Source: an uncultured Deinococcaceae bacterium
Lineage (GTDB): Bacteria > Deinococcota > Deinococci > Deinococcales > Deinococcaceae
Assembly (NCBI GenBank): GCA_964252075.1
Contig: CAXULY010000003.1
Coordinates: 156,657-220,656 of the forward strand
DNA: 64,000 bases
Direction of reading: 5' to 3'
A program made the position numbers and the translations under genes. The notes below the pieces were generated by a model. That model made no database searches and had not been told where the DNA came from. It was given only the letters and a program-made list of their open reading frames with translations. Below are positions 1 to 12,402 of the stretch, piece after piece (positions within the stretch are counted from its first letter, which is position 1; each line of letters starts with the position of its first letter).

Positions 1-333
1 GCTGGTGATGGCCTTCTCGCTGAGCGCCTGCAGGGGCTCCAGCGCGAGGGCGCGGTCTAACGACTCAATGCGCCACACGCCCGCCACCTCCGCCCAGGCG
101 GGGAAGTGCACGGTGCCGGGGTCGGGGTCGGGGCGCAGCGCTGCGGCAAAGGGAGGGCGCAGTTCCGCAGCGTTCTGGTGCAGGTAGGTGGGGTACAGCC
201 AGAAGGCCTCGTGGTTCACGTCGAAGCCCTTGCGGATCTCGCGGATGCCGCCCTTGCGCAGCACCAGCGAGACCTCACCGCGCATGAGGGCCTGCACCTG
301 GGCGTCCCATTCCTTGAGGGCGTAGGTGGTCAT
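1..333 (-). CDS. DUF1802-family protein (partial, runs off window start)
   Basis: Manual translation from ATG 333: MTTYALKEWDAQVQALMRGEVSLVLRKGGIRE...FWLYPTYLHQ; ALKEW/LRKGGI/PT..HQ motifs; TAGCCT -10 box 6 nt upstream. Confidence 0.8.
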   Translation of the reverse strand, partial: MTTYALKEWDAQVQALMRGEVSLVLRKGGIREIRKGFDVNHEAFWLYPTYLHQNAAELRPPFAAALRPDPDPGTVHFPAWAEVAGVWRIESLDRALALEPLQALSEKAITS

Positions 334-422
334 GCGCTGAGGCTAGCGCAGGGCCGGGCACGGTGACGGTGGTGCCCTGCGCGTTGCTGAGCCCTTCTGT
401 GCTGTCGTGGGGTGGTGGCGGC

Positions 423-497
423 TGGAAGCGCTTCCTCTGTGACCTTGGTCCAACGTTGAGTGCATGCATTGACAGCGCTTGCAGAAACACGTAGTCT
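423..497 (+). promoter_or_regulatory. Sigma70 promoter with two LacI-type operators
   Basis: TTGACA (469-474), 17-nt spacer, TAGTCT (492-497); TGGAAGCGCTTCCT (423-436) and TGACAGCGCTTGCA (470-483) fit TGnnAGCGCTnnCA. Confidence 0.75.
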
Positions 498-555
498 CTC
501 CTTGTCAACAGCAAACCAGCGCCTCGCTCCACGGACACGTCCGGCAGGGGAACAC

Positions 556-1605
556 ATGACTGCGAGTGAAATTACAATTGATGATGTCGCTCGCGCTGCT
601 GGCGTGTCACCCAGCACGGTCTCCCGCGTCCTGAGCGGACGCACGAACGTCGCCGCGAACAAGCGCGAACTCGTGCTGAAGACGGTCCAGGAGATGGGCT
701 ACCTGCCTAACCCCACCGCGCGCGTGCTGGCCGGCGGTCGCTCCATGAGCATCGGGGTGCTGACGCAGGACATCACCAGCCCCTTTTACGGCGAGGTCAT
801 TCACGGCATTCAGCAGGGCCTGCGGGGCAGTTTTTACCAGCCGCTGTTCGCCAGCGGCCACTGGGACCTCGACGCCGAAGACAGCGCTTTCAAAATGCTC
901 ATGAGCCGCCGCGTGGACGCGCTGATCGTGCTGGGCACCCACACGCCCGACGAGGACCTGCTCGCCGTCACGCAGAAAATGCCGGTGGTGACGGTGGGTC
1001 GCCTCATCGGCGGCAACCCCTACTCCGGGTACAAGCTCGACAACGTGCAGGCCGCCCGCACCGCCGTGCGGCACCTGCTGGACCTCGGGCACCAGCGCAT
1101 CGCGCACATCGCTGGCCCGCAGCACCACAGCGACGCCCGCGACCGCCTGGAAGGCTACCGCCAGGAACTCGCCGCGGCGGGCCTGCCCTTCGACGCCCGC
1201 ATCGTGGCGGAAGGCGACTTCATGGAGACCAGCGGCCTGATGGCCATGGAGGCCCTCATCGCGCGCGGCGTGCCCTTCACCGCGATCTTCTCCGCGAACG
1301 ACCAGATGGCGTTCGGCGCGCGCCTGGCGCTCTTCCGGCGCAACCTGCGGGTGCCGGAGGACATCTCGCTCGTCGGCTTCGACGACATTCCCGGCTCCTC
1401 CTTCATCACGCCGCCCCTCACCACCATCCGCCAGCCGAACTACGACCTCGGCATGGCGGCGGCCCGCGCGGTGCTGCACTTCCTGAATGACCAGCCCGTC
1501 CAGAACGCGTCCTTCACCGCCGACCTCGTCGCGCGTGAATCCACCGCCCGCGTGCGCCCCGGCGCACCCACCACCCGCCGCAGGGCGTCCCGGGAGCTGC
1601 CATGA
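556..1605 (+). CDS. LacI-family transcriptional regulator
   Basis: ITIDDVARAAGVSPSTVSRVL HTH; sugar-binding domain ending VGFDD...PPLTTIRQP. Confidence 0.95.
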   Translation: MTASEITIDDVARAAGVSPSTVSRVLSGRTNVAANKRELVLKTVQEMGYLPNPTARVLAGGRSMSIGVLTQDITSPFYGEVIHGIQQGLRGSFYQPLFASGHWDLDAEDSAFKMLMSRRVDALIVLGTHTPDEDLLAVTQKMPVVTVGRLIGGNPYSGYKLDNVQAARTAVRHLLDLGHQRIAHIAGPQHHSDARDRLEGYRQELAAAGLPFDARIVAEGDFMETSGLMAMEALIARGVPFTAIFSANDQMAFGARLALFRRNLRVPEDISLVGFDDIPGSSFITPPLTTIRQPNYDLGMAAARAVLHFLNDQPVQNASFTADLVARESTARVRPGAPTTRRRASRELP

Positions 1606-1692
1606 ACTCGTCCTGATCACGCGCGGCATGGCAACCCCCGCACTTCGGTCCACTTCGCATGCTCCGGCATGCCCATTTCTGGAGGAACACCT

Positions 1693-2946
1693 ATGTCCAC
1701 CAAGCGCTCTTTTGCCCTCACCGCCCTGCTCGCCATCGCCGCCATGGCCAGCGCCCAGAAGACCGTCATCACCATCGGGGTGTTTCCTGACCTCGACAGC
1801 GTGGTGAAGGCCGCCCTGCCTGGCTTCTACAAGGCCAACCCGAACATCGAGGTGAAGCTCAACTCCCTCGCGTACGCCGACCACCACGACGCCCTCACGA
1901 CCGCCCTCTCCACCGGCAAAGGTGCGAACGACGTGGAAGCCATCGACTTCGGCTACATCGCGCGCTTCGCCGAAGGCAACGGCATGACGGACCTCAGCAA
2001 GGCGCCCTACAACGCCCTGCAGTACCGCTCGCAGTTCGTGGCGTACACCTTCCCGCAGGCCACCTCGCAAGACGGCCGCCTCGCGGGCATGCCGACGGAC
2101 GTGGGCCCCGGCTCGATGTTCTACCGCGTGGACATGCTGAAGAAGGCCGGCGTGCTGCCCTCGCAGCTGAACGCCAGCTGGGAGTCGTACATCGCCAACG
2201 GCAAGAAGGTCGTCGCCGCGAACCCCGGCGCGTTCCTGCTGCCCGACGCCAGCGAAGCGGAATCCATCATCATCCGCACGGGCCTGAAGGCCGGCGAGGG
2301 CGTGTACTTCGACAAGAGCGGCAAGACCGTCGTGAGCCCCACCAACCCGCGCTTCGTGCGCGCCTTCACAGTCGCCAAGGCCATCCGTGACGCGAAGCTG
2401 GACGCCAAGGCCGGCGCGGCCTTCTCGCCCGAGTGGACGACCGCCTTCCAGAAGGGCAACCTCGCCACGGAGTTCAGCGGCGCGTGGCTGGTCGGCCACA
2501 TGCAGAACTGGCTCGCCAAGGACTACGCGGGCAAGTGGAACGCGCAGAACCTGCCGGGCAACACCTACGCCAGCTGGGGCGGATCCTTCTGGGGCATCCC
2601 CGCGCAGAGCCAGCACAAGACCGAAGCCTGGGCGCTCATCAAGTACCTGACGACGAACCCCTCGCAGGAAGTGCTGGCGTTCAAGACCACGGGCGCCTTC
2701 CCCGCGCTGAAGGCCGCGCAGACGGACGGCATCTTCAACGAGGGCGTGCCGTACCTCGCCAACCAGAAGGCCCGCATCCTGTGGCGCTCGGCCGCCGCGA
2801 AGATCCAGCCGATCGACGTGAACCGCCTGGACCCCATCGCGGACCAGATCGTGAACGACGCGCTCACCACCGTGCTGAACGGCACCGCGAACATCCAGCA
2901 GGCCCTCACGGACGCCCAGCGCCTCATCGAGCGCCGCGCCCGCTGA
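1693..2946 (+). CDS. Sugar ABC transporter substrate-binding protein (likely beta-glucoside/cellodextrin)
   Basis: GGAGG RBS, signal peptide, SBP family 1 features (WGGSFWGIP); next to permeases and GH1. Confidence 0.9.
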   Translation: MSTKRSFALTALLAIAAMASAQKTVITIGVFPDLDSVVKAALPGFYKANPNIEVKLNSLAYADHHDALTTALSTGKGANDVEAIDFGYIARFAEGNGMTDLSKAPYNALQYRSQFVAYTFPQATSQDGRLAGMPTDVGPGSMFYRVDMLKKAGVLPSQLNASWESYIANGKKVVAANPGAFLLPDASEAESIIIRTGLKAGEGVYFDKSGKTVVSPTNPRFVRAFTVAKAIRDAKLDAKAGAAFSPEWTTAFQKGNLATEFSGAWLVGHMQNWLAKDYAGKWNAQNLPGNTYASWGGSFWGIPAQSQHKTEAWALIKYLTTNPSQEVLAFKTTGAFPALKAAQTDGIFNEGVPYLANQKARILWRSAAAKIQPIDVNRLDPIADQIVNDALTTVLNGTANIQQALTDAQRLIERRAR

Positions 2947-3028
2947 TTCACGGCGCGCACCCTGCGCGCTGAGGGGCGCGGCCACGCGCCGCCCCCTCAC
3001 CCCCGCGCCCGTCACGCGTTCCCGCTCC

Positions 3029-3072
3029 GACCAGATGAACGACCAGGGGCCGACCCTGTCGTTCATCTGGTC
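3029..3072 (+). repeat. Intergenic stem-loop after the SBP gene
   Basis: 15-bp perfect inverted repeat GACCAGATGAACGAC / GTCGTTCATCTGGTC. Confidence 0.8.
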
Positions 3073-3100
3073 ACCGCCTTGACACCCTGAGGGACCACCT

Positions 3101-4084
<984 letters not shown>

Positions 4085-4085
4085 C

Positions 4086-4955
<870 letters not shown>

Positions 4956-5059
4956 GCCGCCCCGCCCCCCCGACCGGGGTGCGCCCCGGTCGGTTCCCCA
5001 CCCCGCCCCCTCTCGCCCGGTGGCCCGCTGCGGCCACCGGTCCCGCACTGGAGCCCCGA

Positions 5060-6382
<1,323 letters not shown>

Positions 6383-6398
6383 CGCGACACCCACAGGC

Positions 6399-6430
6399 GG
6401 TGGGCCGGGACTTTTCCCGGCCCACCTTTT
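6399..6430 (+). terminator. Intrinsic terminator
   Basis: GGTGGGCCGGGA-CTTT-TCCCGGCCCACC followed by TTTT. Confidence 0.85.
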
Positions 6431-6836
6431 GATTTGGTGGCGCACCCACTCGCCTCCGACCTCTGCTTCAAGCGACGTCTCATGCCGCTCCCGCACCCTA
6501 CGTCTGCTGATCAACGGATTCCGATGCCCAGCGGGCGCGTAAGGCCCATCAGATACCTGTACGGCAGGCGACGAATCGCGGTGTAGCGCGTGAACGCACG
6601 CGGCCACTGCCTCCCCTGCTTGCGCAGGAGGCCTTTAAAGCCGCGTACTCGGACGCCGAACTCGTGCCGCTAGGCCACCCATGGCTCCCACCAGCGAGGG
6701 CTCTGCTGGTGGAAGGGCTTCACCAACGCGCAGCACCGCTCGATGCTGGCTCTACGCCTCACCTGCCCGGAGTGCGGCGTGAACTGTCTGCAAGAGGCTG
6801 CGCGGCGTATGGCTGGCGGCGCGCTAGCATCCCCCT

Positions 6837-7493
6837 GTGGAGGACCTCGGGTTCATCTTCGACATGGACGGCGTGCTGGCCAACACCGTGGAACCGCACT
6901 ACCGTTCCTGGCAGCGCCTTGCGGACGAGGAGGGCCTGCCCTTCACGCGTGCGGACAACGTGCTCCTGTTGGGCCGCAGCCGCACGGACGCGCTGCGGCT
7001 CTTCCTGGGCGGGCGGTCCCTCCCCGAGCACCACGAACGGCAGTGGATGGAGCGCAAGAACCGCTACTTCCTGGAGGAGATGGAGGCTTTCGGGCCGCAA
7101 CACGCGCTGCCTGGAGTGCCCATGCTGCTGCACGCTGCGCGCGCCCGCGGCGTGCGACTGGCGGTGGCCTCGTCAAGCCGCAACGCGCGCGCGGTGCTGA
7201 AGAGGCTGCACCTCATGGACCTTTTCGAGGTGATTGCGGACGGCGCGACCGTCGCCCGCGCCAAACCTTCTCCGGACATTTTCGTGTGGACGGCGGGCGC
7301 ACTACACCTCCCACCGCGCCGCTGCGTGGTATTCGAGGACGCCGCTGCGGGTGTGGAGGCCGCCCTTGCGGGCGGCTTCAAGGTGGTGGGACTGGGTGGT
7401 GGCCCAGGTACGGAGGCTGCCCACATACAGCGCGCGGGACTGAGTGACGCCGTTGTGGCGGACTTCATCTCCCTCTTGGATGGCATGAGCTGA
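6837..7493 (+). CDS. HAD phosphatase, beta-phosphoglucomutase-like
   Basis: FDMDGVL, ASSS, KPSPDIF, VFED motifs; TAGCAT 6 nt before GTG. Confidence 0.85.
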   Translation: MEDLGFIFDMDGVLANTVEPHYRSWQRLADEEGLPFTRADNVLLLGRSRTDALRLFLGGRSLPEHHERQWMERKNRYFLEEMEAFGPQHALPGVPMLLHAARARGVRLAVASSSRNARAVLKRLHLMDLFEVIADGATVARAKPSPDIFVWTAGALHLPPRRCVVFEDAAAGVEAALAGGFKVVGLGGGPGTEAAHIQRAGLSDAVVADFISLLDGMS

Positions 7494-7825
7494 GGCTCAA
7501 CACCGCGTACCTCACACAGCGGTTAGGCATGCGGAAACAATGGTGTTGCCCGCCCGCGCGCCGGGCTGTAAAGACTACACCGTGCCACCAGGCCCCGCTT
7601 TTATTCCCAGCCGCGTCGCGACGCTCCGCCAGACCGGCTCGCATGCGGAGGGCAACGGTGACAGTCCTGCTCATGACCTTGGAGCGCGTCACACGCACAA
7701 TCAGCCCTGGGTCGCGCCCGTCACTGCATCTTGGCCCGCTGCCACCGCATACTCCGCGCCGTGCCCGACACCGCTGAAGTGAATGTCACCCTTTCCACCT
7801 GACCCGCTCCCATTCCGCAAGGAGG

Positions 7826-8797
7826 TTGAACCCTGTGCGCCGACTCCGCATTCTGACCTGGCACATCCATGGCAGTTACCTGTACTACCTCACGCAGGCG
7901 CCGCACGACTTCTACCTGCCCGTCCGCCCTGGTGGAGAACCGGGTTACGGTGGCCGTGCGGGAGACTTCGCGTGGGGCGAGAACGTGCACGACGTACCCG
8001 CCGAGGACGTGGCGCGCGGCGAGTACGACGTGATCCTGTTCCAGTCGCGCCGCAACTGGGAACAGGACCAGTTTGAGATCCTGTCCGAAGCCCAGCGGCG
8101 CGGCCCGCGCGTGTACCTGGAGCACGACCCTCCGCGCGAGTCCCCGACTGACACCCGCCATGTGGTGGACGACCCGGACGTGCTGTTGGTGCAGGTCACG
8201 GCCTTCAACGACCTGATGTGGGACGCTGGTCGCACCCCGACGCGGGTGGTCGAGCACGGCGTGATCGTGCCGGAAGGCGCGCGCTACACGGGCGAACTGG
8301 AGCGTGGCCTGGTCGTGGTAAACAACCTCGCCACGCGCGGGCGTCGCCTGGGGTTGGATGTGTTCGAGCGGGCCCGAGCCGAACTCCCGCTGGACCTCAC
8401 GGGCCTCGGCGCGGAGGTCCTGAACGGCTTGGGACCATTGTCGCTCGCGGACCTGCACCGCATGGAGGGCCGCTACCGGTTCTTCTTCAACCCCATCCGC
8501 TACACCAGCCTGGGACTCGCGGTGTGCGAGGCAATGATGGTAGGGATGCCCGTGGTGGCGCTCGCCACGACCGAGATGGCGACCGTCATCGAGAACGGCG
8601 TGAACGGGTACGCGGACACCAACGTGCGGAACCTGATGCACCGCATGCGTGAGCTGCTTGCGAATCCTACCCTCGCGTGGGAGCTGGGCGAGGGTGCGCG
8701 CCACACGGCGCTGGAGCGTTTTGGGATTGAGCGCTTCGCGCGCGACTGGAGCAACGTCTTCGCAGCGGTGACGGTCAATCGCGAATTCCAACGCTGA
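7826..8797 (+). CDS. Glycosyltransferase family 4 (GT-B)
   Basis: LTWHIHGSYL N-terminus; SLGLAVCEAMMVGMPVV and ENGVNG motifs; GGAGG RBS (start may be GTG 7835). Confidence 0.85.
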   Translation: MNPVRRLRILTWHIHGSYLYYLTQAPHDFYLPVRPGGEPGYGGRAGDFAWGENVHDVPAEDVARGEYDVILFQSRRNWEQDQFEILSEAQRRGPRVYLEHDPPRESPTDTRHVVDDPDVLLVQVTAFNDLMWDAGRTPTRVVEHGVIVPEGARYTGELERGLVVVNNLATRGRRLGLDVFERARAELPLDLTGLGAEVLNGLGPLSLADLHRMEGRYRFFFNPIRYTSLGLAVCEAMMVGMPVVALATTEMATVIENGVNGYADTNVRNLMHRMRELLANPTLAWELGEGARHTALERFGIERFARDWSNVFAAVTVNREFQR

Positions 8798-8841
8798 CTG
8801 AACGTGCGATAAAGGCTCCATCCCCTATCAACGGCGTGCGT

Positions 8842-8925
8842 ATGCGCATCTCGATGATCAGCGAAGACGCCACGCTAAGGTGCGCCGACAGCATCTACGA
8901 ACGGCTATCACCATCTGCTGGCTGA
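8842..8925 (+). pseudogene. Probable truncated 5' stub of a second GT4 gene
   Basis: MRISMISEDAT resembles the MRIAMISEHASP start of MshA-like GT4s, then diverges and stops after 27 codons at the edge of the low-GC region. Confidence 0.5.
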
Positions 8926-9419
8926 GCACAAATCGCATGGAAGCGAGGTTTAAAGGCCAACTATTGCAGAATATACTGGTCACTCAAGAGCTAAGTGGAG
9001 TAAATTGGCTTGCAGGCTGTCTTTTTCTTTTGAATGAAGTTTTCAGTTGAGAGAAGAGGCGTATTGTCAAAGTAGTTAGTAATCTCTCCACCCTGATGCC
9101 CGCTGTTGGTTTTATTGCGAAGCGGCGGGCTGCACTTTCTCCACCTGTCTCCTGCAAATCGCCTCCCTTGCAGACGCTTACCTTCCAAATACATGTGATG
9201 TACCACAATCTACAAAGATAGTACTAAAAGATCATATGTGATAATAATCGATACTAAATTGCAAAACGGTAATAGGTTTCAACCTTTAAGTTCAGAGCAG
9301 CCACCAAGTCTGAGTGTTAAAGTCGCAAGACATTTCGTCAACATACTCTGTAAGATTTGTCAAACCATTTGTATCAAAGTCAAAGCTATAGCTTTTTCCG
9401 TAAATTTAAGGCCATTTGT

Positions 9420-10811
9420 CTAATGCCTGTATGCTTCACCATCTAAAAGCAATGATTTTTTGTTGCTAGCTCCTATTGAGGGGAATACTCCAGAAAGTGC
9501 AGCTCCTAACAACGCCCATATCGCCCCCTCAGTGTTGGGTATGGCGAACCAGAAAAGCATAAAAATGGAATACGACAATAAAGATGCACTAAGCACAAAG
9601 CTTTTTGATCTTACAAAAGCCCAAATAATTAAACTTATATACAATATAATTCCCGGAATGCCATACATAACGCCAACATCCAGTATTTGATTATGCGCTT
9701 TCCATGCCTCCCAAACATGAGGGACAGTCTTACCGTCTTTATTTTTTGCTATAACGACGTTGTCCAGCTTTTTGACCAGACGTTCGCCCATTTCATGGAG
9801 AAGATAGTTGTCCACCTCCTCTGGTTCGAGAAAATGAATCCAGTGTTGGTGAAACTGGCCACCTCCCCAACCTGTAAGTGGACGCGCAGCGATCCCACGA
9901 TAAGCTGCTATCCATAAATATTTGCGGGAAATGCTCGACCCTTGATCTACAACTTTTTTGGACTCGTCACCTTGTTTAAAACGTGCGGCCTCTACTCCCA
10001 AAAAGCAGGAAGTTATGATGGCTATAGTGACTATGAGCGTTTGAAATCGATGAGAAGCAAATATAAACTTAAATACCATCACAAGCATCAAAGCTAGAAA
10101 GGCTGCTCTATTACCTGTTGCTCCTATTGCAAGACATATGGGCACCAAAGCCCACCATGCCCACCGAACACGACTTGTGGCGGCTGCCGCACACCCAACG
10201 ACTAACCATCCAGCAAGATGTCCTTTCTGTGGAAAATTAACGACAGGAACGTCCACACCATTGATTTTCCAAAATAGTAGTCCATGCCCCATGGCAAGTT
10301 CTACTAAACCCGCGATAGCAAGAACCATTGTTGAGGCAATTAAGGCGGCTATTATTTTGTAAAGCAGCTCTGAATCCCGTTTACTGCGAACATAAACTAA
10401 AGTAAGCACTGTTACAAGACCGACCATCCAAAGTGCGGAGTCACTAGAATCTATCCCACTACCAACCAGGGAAGCGGCAGAGTCGTCGGCGAAGATGCTA
10501 GCGACGAGCGTCCATAATCCGAACGCCCAGGCAAGTGCAATTGCTTTATTTCGCCATAGCCATTGAGGTAAAAAGCGCACATCCTTCAAACGTAATTCAG
10601 GACGGATAATGATCTCGAATAAGCCAGCCAGCAGGATGAATACTCCCACGTAGTAGCTATGTAAGTACACGGTGCCAGCGCGGTCATTGGGAAGGACTCC
10701 GGGCCAAGCGAGCAGAGGGTACAGAAAGGTAAAAATGGGCCACAACCATCTGAGCACTTGCTCAGGAGTGGTTGTGGCTGTTATCTGACGTCCTTTGGTG
10801 GAAGCGGTCAT
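9420..10811 (-). CDS. O-antigen ligase-like (Wzy_C) protein, probable pilin O-oligosaccharyltransferase
   Basis: Multi-TM; TGNRAA, SRKYLW...PLTGWGGGQF and KAHNQILD motifs; directly downstream of pilin; low GC. Confidence 0.8.
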   Translation of the reverse strand: MTASTKGRQITATTTPEQVLRWLWPIFTFLYPLLAWPGVLPNDRAGTVYLHSYYVGVFILLAGLFEIIIRPELRLKDVRFLPQWLWRNKAIALAWAFGLWTLVASIFADDSAASLVGSGIDSSDSALWMVGLVTVLTLVYVRSKRDSELLYKIIAALIASTMVLAIAGLVELAMGHGLLFWKINGVDVPVVNFPQKGHLAGWLVVGCAAAATSRVRWAWWALVPICLAIGATGNRAAFLALMLVMVFKFIFASHRFQTLIVTIAIITSCFLGVEAARFKQGDESKKVVDQGSSISRKYLWIAAYRGIAARPLTGWGGGQFHQHWIHFLEPEEVDNYLLHEMGERLVKKLDNVVIAKNKDGKTVPHVWEAWKAHNQILDVGVMYGIPGIILYISLIIWAFVRSKSFVLSASLLSYSIFMLFWFAIPNTEGAIWALLGAALSGVFPSIGASNKKSLLLDGEAYRH

Positions 10812-10867
10812 ATACCTTAAATGGTAAAGATTATTTAAGGAAGAAAGACAATATTTGTGGACAAGGA

Positions 10868-10898
10868 AGGAGGCCAGCAGGCACGCTGCTGGCCTCCT
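10868..10898 (-). terminator. Hairpin after pilin (terminator/attenuator)
   Basis: 13-bp stem AGGAGGCCAGCAG / CTGCTGGCCTCCT. Confidence 0.7.
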
Positions 10899-10919
10899 CT
10901 TTGCGTAGCTTAAGAACGC

Positions 10920-11318
10920 TTACTGGCCGTCCTTACCGTTGGTGGAGGTGTAGCTCAGCGCAGCATTTTTCACGACGACCGTGAAATCGTTCACGCCATT
11001 GGCGGCGACGGTGCAGTCGCCAGCGGCCACACCCGCAGGAGCGGCAGCCCAGCCGTAAGCCATGCCCGAGATGCTGCTGACCGCAGCGTTGCAGGTGTTG
11101 CCTGCTGCGGTGACAATATTGGCCGCCGTGAGGGTGGTGTTGTCAGCCAGAGCGGCGGACAAGGCCTTGTACACATTGGAGCTGTGGGCCTGCACGGCAC
11201 GCTTCTGCGCCGCGGCGCGGGCGCCCAGCAGGTTGGGGATCAGCACGGCGGCGAGGATACCGATGATGGCGATGACGATCAGCAGCTCGATCAGGGTGAA
11301 GCCAGCGGTCTTCTTCAT
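10920..11318 (-). CDS. Type IV major pilin
   Basis: MKKTAG|FTLIELLIVIAIIGILAAVLIP class III signal; AAGGAG RBS; two Cys. Confidence 0.95.
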   Translation of the reverse strand: MKKTAGFTLIELLIVIAIIGILAAVLIPNLLGARAAAQKRAVQAHSSNVYKALSAALADNTTLTAANIVTAAGNTCNAAVSSISGMAYGWAAAPAGVAAGDCTVAANGVNDFTVVVKNAALSYTSTNGKDGQ

Positions 11319-11611
11319 GGTGTTCTCCTTGGTGCCGTTCCGGATGAGGTATGAGGATGAGCCGGTCGGGCGGGGTAGGGCGGTGCAGTGGCACTGGGGG
11401 GTATGGGGGTCGCGCAACTGCTTGAAGCAAAGGTACGTGAGAACTCATGACAAAATTCTTACAGGGATGAGGCGTGAAGTTTCATACGCCAGGACAGGAA
11501 ATATTAAATCTTGAAGGTGGAGCAGGATGCCCACACGAATGGGAAAGTAAAGGTTTGCTGATCTCCTGCCTTGACTTGCTGCGCTCTTGTGGCGGTGCTA
11601 GACTCGCCCCT

Positions 11612-11713
<102 letters not shown>

Positions 11714-11796
11714 TTTTTTGCTGCCTTGAGCGCGGGGCGCGCGTTTCAGCCACTCTGCCTACGTTTGAGCGCCCCATGCGTGCGATAATGCCGGGC

Positions 11797-12402
11797 ATGA
11801 GCGTGATTCCCTACGTGATCGAGCAGACCGGCCGTGGCGAGCGGATGTACGACATCTACTCGCGGCTCCTGAAGGACCGGATCATTTTCCTGGGCACGCC
11901 GATCGACAGCAACGTGGCGAACACCATCGTGGCGCAGTTGCTGCTGCTCGACAGCCAGAACCCCGAGCGCGAAATTCAGCTGTACATCAACTGCCCGGGT
12001 GGTGAGGTGTACGCCGGGCTGGCCATCTACGACACCATGCAGTACATCAAGGCGCCCGTGTCGACCATCTGCGTGGGCATCGCCATGAGCATGGGCAGCG
12101 TGATCCTGATGGCGGGCGACCAAGGCAAGCGGTATGCGCTGCCGAACAGCCGCATCATGATTCACCAGGGCAGCGCAGGCTTCCGCGGCAACACCCCGGA
12201 CCTGGAGGTGCAGGCGAAGGAGGTGCTGTACCTGCGTGACCGCATGGTGGAGATTTACAACAAGCACACGAATGTGCCGCAGGACAAGCTGCTGCGCGAC
12301 ATGGAGCGGGACTACTTCATGGCGCCGACCGAGGCGCGGGAGTACGGCCTGATTGACGCGGTGATCGAGAGCACCCGTGAAGCGGAGTTGACGAATGGCT
12401 GA
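11797..12402 (+). CDS. clpP: ATP-dependent Clp protease proteolytic subunit
   Basis: [36 protein letters not shown]. Confidence 0.97.
   Translation: MSVIPYVIEQTGRGERMYDIYSRLLKDRIIFLGTPIDSNVANTIVAQLLLLDSQNPEREIQLYINCPGGEVYAGLAIYDTMQYIKAPVSTICVGIAMSMGSVILMAGDQGKRYALPNSRIMIHQGSAGFRGNTPDLEVQAKEVLYLRDRMVEIYNKHTNVPQDKLLRDMERDYFMAPTEAREYGLIDAVIESTREAELTNG

Noticed and set aside
6431..6836. Intergenic frames including MLALRLTCPECG
   Set aside because: A single CxxC in an alternate frame overlapping the HAD gene; no support as a gene or structured RNA
8984..9423. Short ORFs in the low-GC tail
   Set aside because: No RBS or motifs and frames are broken by stops; may be decayed DNA but cannot be assigned
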